A stretch of 64,000 nt of DNA from Acidobacteriota bacterium (GTDB taxonomy: Bacteria; Acidobacteriota; UBA6911; RPQK01; JAJDTT01): NCBI GenBank assembly GCA_965263035.1, contig OZ253580.1, positions 128,001 to 192,000 of the forward strand, read 5' to 3'. The first letter of the stretch is position 1. Each line of letters starts with the position of its first letter. The translations under genes were made by a program, and so were the position numbers. The notes beneath the pieces are model-generated. The model did not search any database. It saw only the letters and a program-made list of their open reading frames with translations, and was not told the DNA's origin. Positions 10,663-20,850 of the stretch are shown here, piece after piece.

Positions 10663-10877
10663 AGCCGGTCAGGATCGAGCGGCTCAGTTCGGCCGGCCAG
10701 ATCCTCTTTGAGAGCCTCCCGAGCAAGATTGGCGAGCTGCCGCTGGGAGGTCTCGAACGATCGGGACCAGCGCCGCTCGGACTCGATCTCGTCCAACAGC
10801 CATCGCGCGAATGCGTCCTGCTCGTCGTCGGGCAACCGGGCGGCCTTCGAGAACGCTTTCTCCAGTAGATCCGTCAC
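10659..10877 (-). CDS. Cognate antitoxin
   Basis: GTG start after AGGAGG; small acidic protein (MTDLLEKAFSKAARLPDDEQDAFARWLLDEIESERRW) coupled to the toxin. Confidence 0.75.
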   Translation of the reverse strand: MTDLLEKAFSKAARLPDDEQDAFARWLLDEIESERRWSRSFETSQRQLANLAREALKEDLAGRTEPLDPDRL

Positions 10878-11283
10878 AATCGACACCTCCTGAGACGATT
10901 GTACCGCGTCAGAGAGCTGGTGCGTCCTCAATCTGCTCGAATCCGAAACAGATACGGACGATGGCGAGGTTCTGTTCTACGTAAAAGATGGTATTCCGCG
11001 GGACCTCATCAGCGACATCACTACGCTCTGGCGGGAGACTTTTAGAGACGCGATGAACGCTCTAGTGGTGCGACATTTCCAGCCCCGATCCCGCGTTTAT
11101 ACGCGCACCTTCGTCTACCAAGACATGCCGAGGACGGTGGGTGACATCAACAGGGACGTCGGCGTCCGCCGCAACTCGTCACGGACTGTGCTAGAACCCG
11201 GCACCGCGTTCGGGTTCGTGCTCGATCACACTGGTAGGTGCTTGGCTTCGACTACGCTGACGATCACTCGGGGGGTTGACTGA

Positions 11284-12270
11284 CTAGACCGAAGTTCCAG
11301 CCACGAAGACAAGATAACCCCTTGATTATAAAGGGATCAGTCACGAATCCGCCTTGGTCGTCACTGGGAACGCTGTGACCAACTCCAGAGCCCGTCGTTG
11401 CAGCCTCGGACCGTCCGGGGCCGAGGCGGTTCGGCACTGGTGACGGGCACGTGTTCCCATCTCCGCCATCAGCGTGTGGAAGCTCTGGATCGGCAGTCCG
11501 TCCTCGGTTCGCCGCTCCGTCTTCTTCCGTTTGGCCGATGCCGACGGCTGGGCTTTCAGCACTGGATCCCGTCGAGCGCGGTGCGCGTCCAGGTCCTCGT
11601 CATCGAACAGCAACGGGGCCAGGGCCCGGCGCAAATGCCCCTCCACATAGTAGGACAGCAGGCACAGGAACAGGTGCGACCGCACCCGCGCCTCCGCCCG
11701 GTGACGGATGGGACGGATCTGCAAGTCCACGGTCTTCAGAGAGCGGAAGGCTCGCTCCACGTGCGTCAGGTTCTTGTAGCTGCGCACCACATCGGCGGTC
11801 GGCAGCCGCTCTTCCGGTTCGCTGGTGCGGATGATGTAGAAGCCGTCCAGTTGCGCCTCCCGGGCGACGGCTGCGGTGCGCCGGGCGTACTCGAAGCGCC
11901 CGTCTTCGATCACCAGCTCAAAGTGCTTGGCCACTTTGTACCGGTTCTTGACCCGACCCACCTTCTCGGCGATCTGGGGCGCCAGCAGAGGCGTCTGGGT
12001 GCGCCGGGCCACCTCCCGGGCGATCTTGCCCAGCTCCTCTTCCGTGGCCGCCACCAGGTTCTCGCGTTTGCGGCGCCGATACTCCCCCAGCAGCGGGTTG
12101 TGGCAGACGACGAGCCGTTCGCCCGGATAGGCCTCGGTCCGGATCTCCGCCAAGTGACGCTCGTCGAAGATCGAGAGCTGAACCGCTTTGGTTTCCACCA
12201 GTTCGCGGATCGCCGTATGCCGCAGGGCCGAGATCCAACCCAGTCCCGGATGGCGCTTCAGATGCTTGAA
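11284..12270 (-). mobile_element. IS1634-family element, 5'-truncated
   Basis: LDGFYIIRTS..YKNLTHVERAFRSLKT..IRPIRH..RVRSHLFLCLLSYYVE; end GAACTTCGGTCTAG at 11284-11297. Confidence 0.85.
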
Positions 12271-12352
12271 GGGGACTCTTTCGGATTCAGAGATCGGGTC
12301 TCCACGAATCTGAGACGGGTGTAGGTCCCAGATCCAGGGTCGTAGCTGAACA

Positions 12353-12381
12353 GGTCCATCCCCGCCTGTGCGGGGGAAACC
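12353..12381. CRISPR. Solitary type I-E-like CRISPR repeat (no array, no cas genes in window)
   Basis: 29 bp GGTCCATCCCCGCCTGTGCGGGGGAAACC with CCCCGC-N4-GCGGGG hairpin. Confidence 0.7.
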
Positions 12382-12999
12382 GATCCGGTTCTGGTGGAAC
12401 CGTTTTGGCCCGATCTTTGCCGCCGAGCTCCGCAAGAAACGGACAGGTCGAATGCGTGCGTTGTCGGCTTGGCGGTGGCACCTTGATGAGGTGTTCGTGA
12501 AAATCAATGGCGAACGCCATTACCTGTGGCGTGCCGTGGACCAGGAAGGCGAGGTGCTGGAGGCCTTTGTCTCGAAGAAGAGAGACCGCAAGGCCGCTTT
12601 GAAATTCCTCAGGAAACTGAGGAAGCGCTACCCCCCCAGGCCGGATGCGATCATCACGGATCGGCTGAGGTCTTACCGCGCGGCCTTGCGTGAACTGGGC
12701 GGATCCAGTCTGCATCAAGCTGGCCGATGGCTGAACAATCGTGCGGAGAATTCCCCCCTGCCGTTCCGGCGGCGAGAACACGCGAGGCTCCGTTTCAGGC
12801 GGATGCGAAGCCTCCAGAATTTTACCACCGTCCATTCTTCCGCCTACAACCACTTCAACCTGCGACGACCTCTCTGTTCACGGGACACTTTCAAGCTCAA
12901 CCGCGCCGCTGCACTTGCCCAGTGGCGTCAACTCGGGGCGGCCTAATTCCCTGTCCCCGGTGGAATAACTCAGACCTGCGATTTTACTCTGACAGTGCC
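12382..12999 (+). mobile_element. IS6-family transposase fragment (N-terminus and left end missing) with right TIR
   Basis: IRFWWNRFGP..WHLDEVFVKING..YLWRAVDQEG..LNNRAENS; end CTCTGACAGTGCC at 12999. Confidence 0.9.
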
Positions 13000-13107
13000 T
13001 TGCCGACTGGTCGGGAAGCAAAAGAGGCGGGTGCGTGGAACTCAAAGGATATTTTTGCAGCAATTTGGACAGTACCTTGAGCAGGCACTTCAGGCGGGCA
13101 TCCCCTC

Positions 13108-14376
13108 CTATCGATCACCCAAGGCTTCCGCCTGCCGTTCGAAGCTCTTATCGACCACTGCGGAACCAATCGAATCGCCGAAGACGTTCACCGCCGTCCT
13201 GAAACGATCTAGGAGCCAGTCGACCGACAGGATCAGCCCGATATATTCGACAGGTAATCCGACCGCGTTCAACACGATCACCATCGTGACCAGCCCGGCT
13301 TCGGGAATGCCCGCGGCTCCGATAGCCGCCATGGTAGCAGTGACGGCAATCACAAGCTGCGAGGTGATCGTGAGCTCAAACCCAATCGCCTGTGCGATGA
13401 ATATGGCAGCCGCGGCCTCATAGAGGGCGGTGCCATCCATATTGATCGTGGCACCCAAGGGAAGAACGAAATCGGAGGATTGTTTCGATACCTTGGCCTT
13501 TTCGACAGCACAATTCATCGTGATCGGCAGCGTTGCCGTTGAACTTGCAGTTGAAAAGGCCGTCAGTAGAGCCTGGGACATCTGGTACATGAAACGGAAC
13601 GGGTTCCTTCGGGTGAAGATCCACAGGATCAAGGGAAGCGTTAAAAATGCATGGACCCCCAGCCCGGCAAGGACCGTTCCAAAGTACGCTCCAGTCTGTT
13701 GCAGAACCGCTCCCAGATTTCCCCCAGCCTGGGCTTCACCAAAGCGGGCAGTCACCAGGCAGAAGATTCCGAACGGGGCCAGTTTCATCAGCAACAGGAT
13801 GAACGACAAGAGCGCTTCGTTGACTTGGACGATTATCTTGGTAAGCGCCTGGACTCGGGTGCCCATTGTCGTGAGCATTCCGGCAAAGATGATCGAGAAG
13901 AAAATCAGCGGTAGCAGGCTGGTCTTGGCTGCCGACTCGATCAGGTTGTCGGTAAAGAGCATCAGGACCAAGCCCCGAAGGATTGTTCCCAGGTCCGCAT
14001 CTTCCCGGCCAGCAGTGCTCACCTGACCCTCCGCGAGGCTCGCGTCCAGGGTCGTCTGGTCGACACCGACACCAGGTTGAATCAAATTCACCATAAGCAG
14101 ACCCACGATCACAGCCAGGACGGTTGTCATCAGGTAGTAGGTCACCGCAAAACCGCCGGGGCGGCCCAGTTTTCGAATGTCGCCGAGTCCAATGATGCCG
14201 CTCATCACGCTGGCCATCACCAGCGGAACGACCATCATCGTGAGCAGGTTGAGGAAGATCTCACCCCCAAGCTCGAACTGCATTGCAAATCCCGGAGCAA
14301 AAACAGCCAGGAGGATGGCCACAACAATCGCAACGGCGATGTACAAGGTCAGACGGCTCTTCGGTTTATCGGGCAT
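13108..14376 (-). CDS. Dicarboxylate/amino acid:cation symporter (DAACS, GltP/SDF family), copy 1
   Basis: AFSTASSTATLP, LPLGATINMDGTALY, GAAGIP, DWLLDRFRTAVNVFGD; multiple TM helices. Confidence 0.95.
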   Translation of the reverse strand: MPDKPKSRLTLYIAVAIVVAILLAVFAPGFAMQFELGGEIFLNLLTMMVVPLVMASVMSGIIGLGDIRKLGRPGGFAVTYYLMTTVLAVIVGLLMVNLIQPGVGVDQTTLDASLAEGQVSTAGREDADLGTILRGLVLMLFTDNLIESAAKTSLLPLIFFSIIFAGMLTTMGTRVQALTKIIVQVNEALLSFILLLMKLAPFGIFCLVTARFGEAQAGGNLGAVLQQTGAYFGTVLAGLGVHAFLTLPLILWIFTRRNPFRFMYQMSQALLTAFSTASSTATLPITMNCAVEKAKVSKQSSDFVLPLGATINMDGTALYEAAAAIFIAQAIGFELTITSQLVIAVTATMAAIGAAGIPEAGLVTMVIVLNAVGLPVEYIGLILSVDWLLDRFRTAVNVFGDSIGSAVVDKSFERQAEALGDR

Positions 14377-14762
14377 TGTGTAACCTCTCCGAGTTCGATG
14401 CGACGACTCTGCTTTCGCTTGGCGGCGATGAACCATCATTATGCTCTTGCCAAGCCTGAAAAAACTAGCGAACGAGCATCGCTGCGTTCCGAGGACAAGA
14501 ATCGGCCCTCAAAGGCCGCTCAACGGCCCCGAGTGGTTCTTACTCTGGCAGCCGTGGGAAAATGGATAGGAGGAGGCTGTTAGTACTCTACTTAAAGTTC
14601 TGCCCTTCAGTATCGCGGACAAACTATTCGACGGCATCCGGCGGCAGATCGAGATCGACTTTCCAGCCCAGATCCGCCAATCTCAGAACGCCCGCCGCAT
14701 AGAAGAGAAAAGCAATGGTCAGGACGGCCAGCACCCGCATACCAGCCGATAGGCATCCAGTA

Positions 14763-14892
14763 GGTGCTGTCAAGTTAAGTAGAATTCTCGGGTTTTGGAG
14801 GCGAAATCGGCCGTAGGCCTAACGTAGAATCAACAACTTAGGGAGTGGCCAAGGCGCTGAGCAGGAACCAAATCGGTTAACTTGACGGTACC
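14763..14892. mobile_element. 130-bp MITE with IS6-type ends
   Basis: TIRs GGTGCTGTCAAGTTAA / TTAACTTGACGGTACC; no transposase; no TSD seen. Confidence 0.65.
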
Positions 14893-15079
14893 GCCGGTTC
14901 CTTTCGGCGGGTCGGCAATGTCCAGTCTACAGCATGGACTAAAGGTGCCGATCCAGCGCCATGTCGCGTCCTCATCCTCGTCGCTGTTCTCGTCGAGCAC
15001 CCGGGGCTCGGCCACCAACATCCGGTCGCCGGAGGACGTCCCCACTGCGTACGGAGTGAGGGGGGAAAAGCGACACCTC

Positions 15080-15713
15080 CTAAAACGTAGTCGGGTCGCC
15101 AACCGCGGTCGCGATTCCATCGAACGATGAGGGCACGGCAGGCCCCGCGCCCAGGCTGATTGTCGTCCCATCCAGAGGGGTTATGGCAATTTCGGCGCTT
15201 CTCGTGTGCCCAACCGGAACCGTGATTTCAGATACGCCGGTCGGCAGCATTCCCCCAGTCGCGCTGATCGTCGTCGTCATGTCGAACGGCGCACCTTCAG
15301 GAACCACGACCACCACTCGGTTCGTGTTGTGAACACGCTGGATCGTCATGGTGAAATTGAAGTCCGCGCCCGGATTCGTCTCCAGGTACAGGGCCTCCAG
15401 ACTGGTGAGACCCGAAAACACACCTGCGGGCAACGTCTGCAACCGGTTGTTTGCCAGGTCCAGCCACTCAACGTCAAGACTGGCGAAGACCCTGTCCTCC
15501 AGCGTCGCCAATTGGTTGTGTGACAGATCCAACGTCAGGCTACCGCTGAGTGAATCGAACATCCCGGCCGACAGTGTTCGGAGCTGATTCGCCTCCAGGC
15601 CGAGGAATCTGAGGTTTAGCCCGGCGAACAGCCCGGAGGGTAATGTGGTCAGGTTATTGTACTCCAGATCCAGAATGTCCATGCTGGCGAGACCGTCGAA
15701 CAAGTTGCCTGGC
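15080..15713 (-). pseudogene. 3' fragment of a leucine-rich-repeat surface protein
   Basis: Repeats of LxxLxLxxNxLxxLPxxxFxGL; the 5' end is fused to the tRNA-adjacent non-coding segment. Confidence 0.8.
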
Positions 15714-16119
15714 AAGGGCCGGCCAACTCCCGCATCCTGGCGTTTCGAGGCGGATGTGTGCATGCCGGGCGTGGACGGGCTTCGGATTCCATTATGGGAT
15801 TCAGTCTGCCTGTTGACGTGTGCCGTTGATGCGGCCCGTCCCTGGAAGGGCATGGGAACCTTGGAGGTTGCGGATCAAACCGGGCCCCTGTTCAGAGACT
15901 TGGAGAGTTCTCCAGCAAATGAGTCCTCAACTCCTACCGGATTCTTGCTCCCGGTTCCGCAGGGCGCGAATGCGGACTAGGAGGACGACCCACTGGCCGC
16001 CATGCAATCGGATCTTAAGTCCCTGGGCGGCGACTTGGCCCCAGTGGTGACGACGGCGGCGGGCTTTGGGGAGGGCCGGGGCGCGGTTCCTCAGAAGGAC
16101 TGGATACCGTCCAGGCTAG

Positions 16120-16278
16120 GAGCCTGCGCCGCAGAAATTGATCTACTGCGAAAGCGGTAGAATCGGTCCATATTTCCTCGATTTCTCGGCGAATAGAACA
16201 ACTATGCACCTCAAAATCGAGAAAATCTGGCCTCGATTCCCCACTTTCTCGCTACGATCATTTCTACCGCGCAGCCTC
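16120..16278 (+). mobile_element. MITE family 1, copy A
   Basis: 159-bp core, TIRs GAGCCTGCGCCGCAGAAAT / ATTTCTACCGCGCAGCCTC, CTAG on both sides. Confidence 0.9.
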
Positions 16279-16282
16279 CTAG

Positions 16283-18053
16283 GAGCCTGTCCGAGAATTC
16301 GGCATTGAGCGACCTTCACCCATAACCATGCTCAGGGGCAATGGTCCAAGGCTCCGAAGACCCTCGAATCCTGGCCTCCGAAGCCGAGGGAACCGATGGA
16401 TTGCTCTAATTCCGACGCGAAAAGAGGCTACAGAGGCCGATTTTTGACTTCATCCGCCCTTATCCGCCCCTTTCTTACGCCCAGGCCGCTCGCTTCCCGA
16501 ACTCCGGACACACCTCTCCCCGCAGAGCCGCAAGCATGATCTTTTTGAGATTGTGTGCCACGCAGACCAGCGAGAACTCCCCCGCCACTTTCGCCTTGCC
16601 CCGCAGCCCGAATCCTCGAAATCCCGAGTTCTTGATCTGCCCGAACACCGGCTCCACGATCGTCTTGCGACGCGCGTAGATCGCCTGGCTCTCCGGTTTC
16701 GACATCCGCTCGTTCATCGCCCGTCGCAACGGCTCCTTCCCGTCGCTCGTGATCGTGCGCGCCGCCCCTGACTTCGACCGGCAGCAACGACGATAGTAGG
16801 CACAGGATCGGCACTCATCGATGTCCCCCTGATACACCCGCTGTCCCGTGCCGCGGGTGGTCTTCAACCTCAGCAGTTGGCCACCGGGACAATGAAAGCC
16901 GTCCTGCTCCTCGTCGTAACGAAAGTCCGCTTTCACCAAGTAACGCTTGCTCGCGTCCAGGTCCCCCTTCCCCCGCTTCTCTCCCCGGTCCGTCGCGATG
17001 TAGGCTTCCACCTTCCGATCCGACGTCTCCTGCAGGTTCTTCCCCGAGTAGTACCCGTTGTCCAAACTCAGCTTCTCCGGCAACCGACCGCTCGTCTCCT
17101 CCACCTCATCCAAGGCTGGAGCCACTTCCTGGGCATCGTTCGCCTGCTGGCTCACGTGCTGACCCACGATCACCTGCGACTTGCCGTCCACGCTGATCTG
17201 TGCGTTGTACGCGTACTCGAAGTCCCCTTTTTGCTTCATGATCCGCGCCTCGGGGTCCGCAAAGCTGATCTGCTTCTTGTCCTCGATCGCCTGACCCGGT
17301 CGAAGCTCCTGCTCCCGCGCTTCCAGCAGCTGCTTCATCTCCCGGACCTTCTTCAACCGCTGCTTCTTGTCGCGCAGGTCATCGGGCAGCTCATACCCGG
17401 TCCGCTCCTGGTAGACCCGATCCTCTTCCTCGTCGCAGCGGTCCGCCTGCCGGGTCAAGGCTTCGATCTCCTCGCACAATTCCTGCTCCTTCTCCTTCAG
17501 CCGTCCGTAACTCATCGCCTTGTGCTTCGAGCTGTTCGCCTTGAACTTGGACCCGTCCAGGCTCACGTGGCCCAAACTCACCAGCCCCAGCCCCATCGCC
17601 AGTTGCACCGTCTGCTTGAAGCAGGACCGGAAGAATTCCCCGTGGTCCTTCCGGAAATCGCTCAACACCCGGAAGTTCGGGCAGTTCCTCCCCGCGATGT
17701 ACATGAACCCCAGATCCTCCCGGCAGCGCTGCTCGATCTGCCGGGAGCTGAACACGCCGCGGCTGTAGGCGTAGATCAGGATCGACACGATCTGACGCGG
17801 CGCGTAGGCGCGCTGGCCCCGGTCGCTGTACTGGGCCTCCACTTCCGACGTGTCCAGTTGCTCGAACAGTTCCTGATAGAGGAAACATTCGTGATCCTCC
17901 GGCAAGAGGTCGAACACGTTGGCCGGAAACAGCTGACTCTGGTAGTAGTCTTTCGGGTAGGCTTTGAATCGCGGGGGCATCCAACATTCTCCTGATGATC
18001 AGATGCCCTGATTTTAAGGAGCTTCGGTGACAGCCCCGTTCTCGGACAGCCTC
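16283..18053 (-). mobile_element. IS1182-family element, apparently intact
   Basis: TIRs GAGCCTGTCCGAGAA / TTCTCGGACAGCCTC, CTAG on both sides. Confidence 0.92.
16475..17980 (-). CDS. IS1182-family transposase
   Basis: 501 aa; SSRQIEQRC..PNFRVLSDFRK, SLDGSKFKAN, YNAQ, LDNGY, CPGG/CxxC, RKTIVEPVFGQIK. Confidence 0.92.
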   Translation of the reverse strand: MPPRFKAYPKDYYQSQLFPANVFDLLPEDHECFLYQELFEQLDTSEVEAQYSDRGQRAYAPRQIVSILIYAYSRGVFSSRQIEQRCREDLGFMYIAGRNCPNFRVLSDFRKDHGEFFRSCFKQTVQLAMGLGLVSLGHVSLDGSKFKANSSKHKAMSYGRLKEKEQELCEEIEALTRQADRCDEEEDRVYQERTGYELPDDLRDKKQRLKKVREMKQLLEAREQELRPGQAIEDKKQISFADPEARIMKQKGDFEYAYNAQISVDGKSQVIVGQHVSQQANDAQEVAPALDEVEETSGRLPEKLSLDNGYYSGKNLQETSDRKVEAYIATDRGEKRGKGDLDASKRYLVKADFRYDEEQDGFHCPGGQLLRLKTTRGTGQRVYQGDIDECRSCAYYRRCCRSKSGAARTITSDGKEPLRRAMNERMSKPESQAIYARRKTIVEPVFGQIKNSGFRGFGLRGKAKVAGEFSLVCVAHNLKKIMLAALRGEVCPEFGKRAAWA

Positions 18054-18315
18054 CTAGGACCGGCACTACCGGAGGGATTTTGTATGCTTCGAGAGGACCT
18101 GGGCCGGTCGGTCCTGGCGGCGTGCGGAACTCCTCCGAGTTTGTATCTCGATGCAGACGGGGTGCCTTAAAGGGAGGCAATGAGGCGCTGGCCACGTCGG
18201 GGCCTCTGGCAGGTGGATAGCCGAGCGCTCGGTATCACTTCTGTTATTTAAAGTGATAATATTTTTTCCGAACTCCTAAAATATTATTTATTTCTAGTGA
18301 TTTATAAAAATTGGA

Positions 18316-18405
<90 letters not shown>

Positions 18406-18489
18406 AATCCGGAAATATCAAGCCGTGAATTCTACTTCCTGAGTGGGTTCGGAACAAGGCCGCGTCCCGGCGGGGGCCCGGCCGAGGCC

Positions 18490-19338
18490 TTACCCGGAGA
18501 CAGGATTCGGCCAGTAGGCAGCCGCGGCGTTCTCTCCCATGACGGCGGCCAATTCCGCGGGATCCAGGTCGGTGTAGAAGCGTTCCTGGAGGCCCAAAGC
18601 GCTGGCGTAGCTGCACTTGAGCAGGACGTGAGGGAAGTCGCTTCCCCAGACCAGGCGGTCCGTACCGAAGGCCTCATGGAAAGCCTTGAAGAACGGATGG
18701 CAGTCCGAGTACGGCCAACCCTGGCGGGAGTGGTAGTAGTAGCCGCTGACCTTCACCGAAATCTGGGGAAACCGGCTCAGATCCAGCAGGTCCCGGAATA
18801 ACGGATCGCCGGTTCCGGCCGTCACGTCGGGATAGGCCATGTGATCGATGAGGAGAGGGACCTGGGGAAACCGTTCCGCCAACCCGGCCAGAGCCGGAAC
18901 GTGCTCCATCCTCATGAGCAGGTTGACGGCGATTCCCAGATCCTGGGCCGCTTCCCAGACCGGATACGAAGCGGGCCGGCCAAAGGTCACTTCCTCTCCG
19001 GGAACGCTGGGACGGATTCTCAATCCCCGGCAACCCCGTTCCCGGACCCAGTAGCGGAGACGCCGGTCCGCGCCCTCCCGCCGTGGGTCCACATAGCACA
19101 CGGCCGCCAGGCGTTCCGGATCACGGGCGGCGCAGTCGGCTACGTAGGAGTTGTCCTCGCCCGGGTAGAGGGGTTGCACCACGACGGCCCGGTCCACCCC
19201 GTGCTCGTCCATGTACTGCTTCAGCAGTTCCACGGGGACGTCCGAGGTCGGACTGACGATGGTGGCGCCGGGATTGGGATGATCGGGAGCCGAGCGCCAG
19301 ACGTGAAGATGCGCGTCTACAATTATTCGTGTTTCCAA
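18490..19338 (-). CDS. Amidohydrolase_2 family protein
   Basis: IVDAHLHVW, IDHMA, WGSDFP. Confidence 0.9.
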   Translation of the reverse strand: METRIIVDAHLHVWRSAPDHPNPGATIVSPTSDVPVELLKQYMDEHGVDRAVVVQPLYPGEDNSYVADCAARDPERLAAVCYVDPRREGADRRLRYWVRERGCRGLRIRPSVPGEEVTFGRPASYPVWEAAQDLGIAVNLLMRMEHVPALAGLAERFPQVPLLIDHMAYPDVTAGTGDPLFRDLLDLSRFPQISVKVSGYYYHSRQGWPYSDCHPFFKAFHEAFGTDRLVWGSDFPHVLLKCSYASALGLQERFYTDLDPAELAAVMGENAAAAYWPNPVSG

Positions 19339-19369
19339 CGGTGGTCATGGACGGGGAGCGGCCTCGGCC

Positions 19370-20653
19370 TCATCTCCCGCCCGTCTTCTCCAAGGTCCAG
19401 AATACTCCCGCGACGACCCCTTTGAGGTGGTCCGGGACCGACTTGATGTGCTCGTAGTGGTAGACGGCCGTCATGAAGCGTCCCGGAGAAATCTCGATGG
19501 TCGGGGACGTGAACCCCGCCACGGGAGCCAGCAGAAACTTCTTGGACCCGTTCATGAGCGGGGTCCCGGAGCGGGTGCCGTTGACCCAGGTCTGTCCGCC
19601 GTCCAGGCTGATCCGCGCCGCCCTGCGCGTATTCCCACTGTGTCCCCAGGCGTGGGTCACCACCACGACGTTGCTGGGTGTCCAATCGACCGTCCCGCGG
19701 TGACCGTACCATTCGGTCATTCCGCCGGGCGCCAACTGGAAAGTCCGGCCGGCGTCCTTGGATTCGAAGAGCGCCCCCTGCTTGTAGTAGTGCATGGGGT
19801 TCCCCGTCTCCATCATCATCTTGGCGCCGTCCTCTTCGGGCCGGCCCAAGCGCTGGATCCGGGTCATGATCAGAACATGGTCCGGGTCGCCGGGTCCGAT
19901 GGCCAGCGTCGACTCGTGGGCGTTCAGGTCGGTGTAGACGCGGGCGGGTTCCCCCCAGGTCACTCCGCCGTCGGTGGAGCGCAAGACCACGTCCCCGAAA
20001 TAGTCCTCCGATGTGCCGCCGTACATGAAGTTGGGAGGACTCACCGGATCGGTGGGCGGATGTTTTTTCTTGTAGTCCTCGCTTGGCACGACGGTCGTGT
20101 TGAACAAGAGGGTCCCGTCCGGCTGCTCGATGACGGCCCGATTTCCATCCTCGTGGAACTTGATGTTGGGCGTCCCCGCCCCGAACTTGGTGAAATCGGT
20201 TTCAGAGGCGGTCCAGGTCTTGCCGCCATCGTCCGAGTAGGAGACAAACAGGTCCTGGCCGTAGAGGCGCAGCTCCTTCTGGTTCGGCGGATGCTCCCCG
20301 CTGGTCTGGTGGACCAGGAAGATCCTTCCTTTTCGGTTCACGCCCATTCCCTGCACCACCTGGTGGGGCCGGCCGAGTTCCGCCGGCGAGGAGGTCCAGG
20401 TCTCGCCATTGTCGGCGCTCGAGTACAGGACGGGCGGATCGGTCTGGAGCGCCAGGTAGATGGTCCCGTCCGGATGCCGCGCCATGGCCATCATCGCCCG
20501 TTTGGAGGCGCCCGCGGGGACGATGGTCACCAGCCGGTCGATTTTGACCGTCACCCGGTGATCCATCCCTTCTTTCTCTGTCTCCTGGGTTGCTTCCTGG
20601 CAGGCAGGAGAGATCAGCAAGAACAACGTCAGCCAGATCGGGATTTGTTTCAT
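19370..20653 (-). CDS. Sialidase-like Asp-box (BNR) beta-propeller lipoprotein
   Basis: Lipobox-like ISPAC; Asp-boxes SADNGETW, SDDGGKTW, STDGGVTW, SKDAGRTF, SLDGGQTW. Confidence 0.8.
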   Translation of the reverse strand: MKQIPIWLTLFLLISPACQEATQETEKEGMDHRVTVKIDRLVTIVPAGASKRAMMAMARHPDGTIYLALQTDPPVLYSSADNGETWTSSPAELGRPHQVVQGMGVNRKGRIFLVHQTSGEHPPNQKELRLYGQDLFVSYSDDGGKTWTASETDFTKFGAGTPNIKFHEDGNRAVIEQPDGTLLFNTTVVPSEDYKKKHPPTDPVSPPNFMYGGTSEDYFGDVVLRSTDGGVTWGEPARVYTDLNAHESTLAIGPGDPDHVLIMTRIQRLGRPEEDGAKMMMETGNPMHYYKQGALFESKDAGRTFQLAPGGMTEWYGHRGTVDWTPSNVVVVTHAWGHSGNTRRAARISLDGGQTWVNGTRSGTPLMNGSKKFLLAPVAGFTSPTIEISPGRFMTAVYHYEHIKSVPDHLKGVVAGVFWTLEKTGGR

Positions 20654-20850
20654 AATTTTTCGTTCTCCCAGAGCGGACATGGTGGTAGCGGCGATGGAAG
20701 ATCCGCGAATTGAATAACTTCCGCGCCGTCGACCGGAATAAGAAATCCAGAACGTTGGTCTATTGTCAACGCGACCGCAGCACGCCGTCAAGGAACGGTC
20801 CCTGGGTTATCTGCCCGATACACTCTGCCTCACCCTGCCTCACCGGGAAT

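Larger units (their letters stand above)
12353..14681. repeat. 2.33-kb duplicated block, copy 1 (CRISPR repeat + IS6 fragment + DAACS transporter)
   Basis: Matches 27561-29889 at a constant 15208-bp offset; only about seven substitutions noticed by eye. Confidence 0.95.
15714..18315. repeat. tRNA-Ser(GGA)-adjacent conserved segment, interrupted by MITE and IS1182
   Basis: 15714-16119 plus 18058-18315 align with 39371-39899. Confidence 0.9.

Noticed and set aside
12290-12420. A full CRISPR array at the first repeat
   Set aside because: No second repeat at ~61-bp periodicity on either side. The left flank reads as an ~80-bp gene fragment and the right flank is IS6 coding sequence.
11341-12507. 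388-aa ORF as a full-length transposase
   Set aside because: It is a chimera: the N-terminus is antisense IS6, the CRISPR repeat and filler DNA. Only the part below ~12270 is IS1634.
15080-15853. 257-aa LRR ORF as a complete gene
   Set aside because: The first ~46 codons come from the tRNA-adjacent repeat segment and there is no signal peptide, so it is treated as a 3' fragment.
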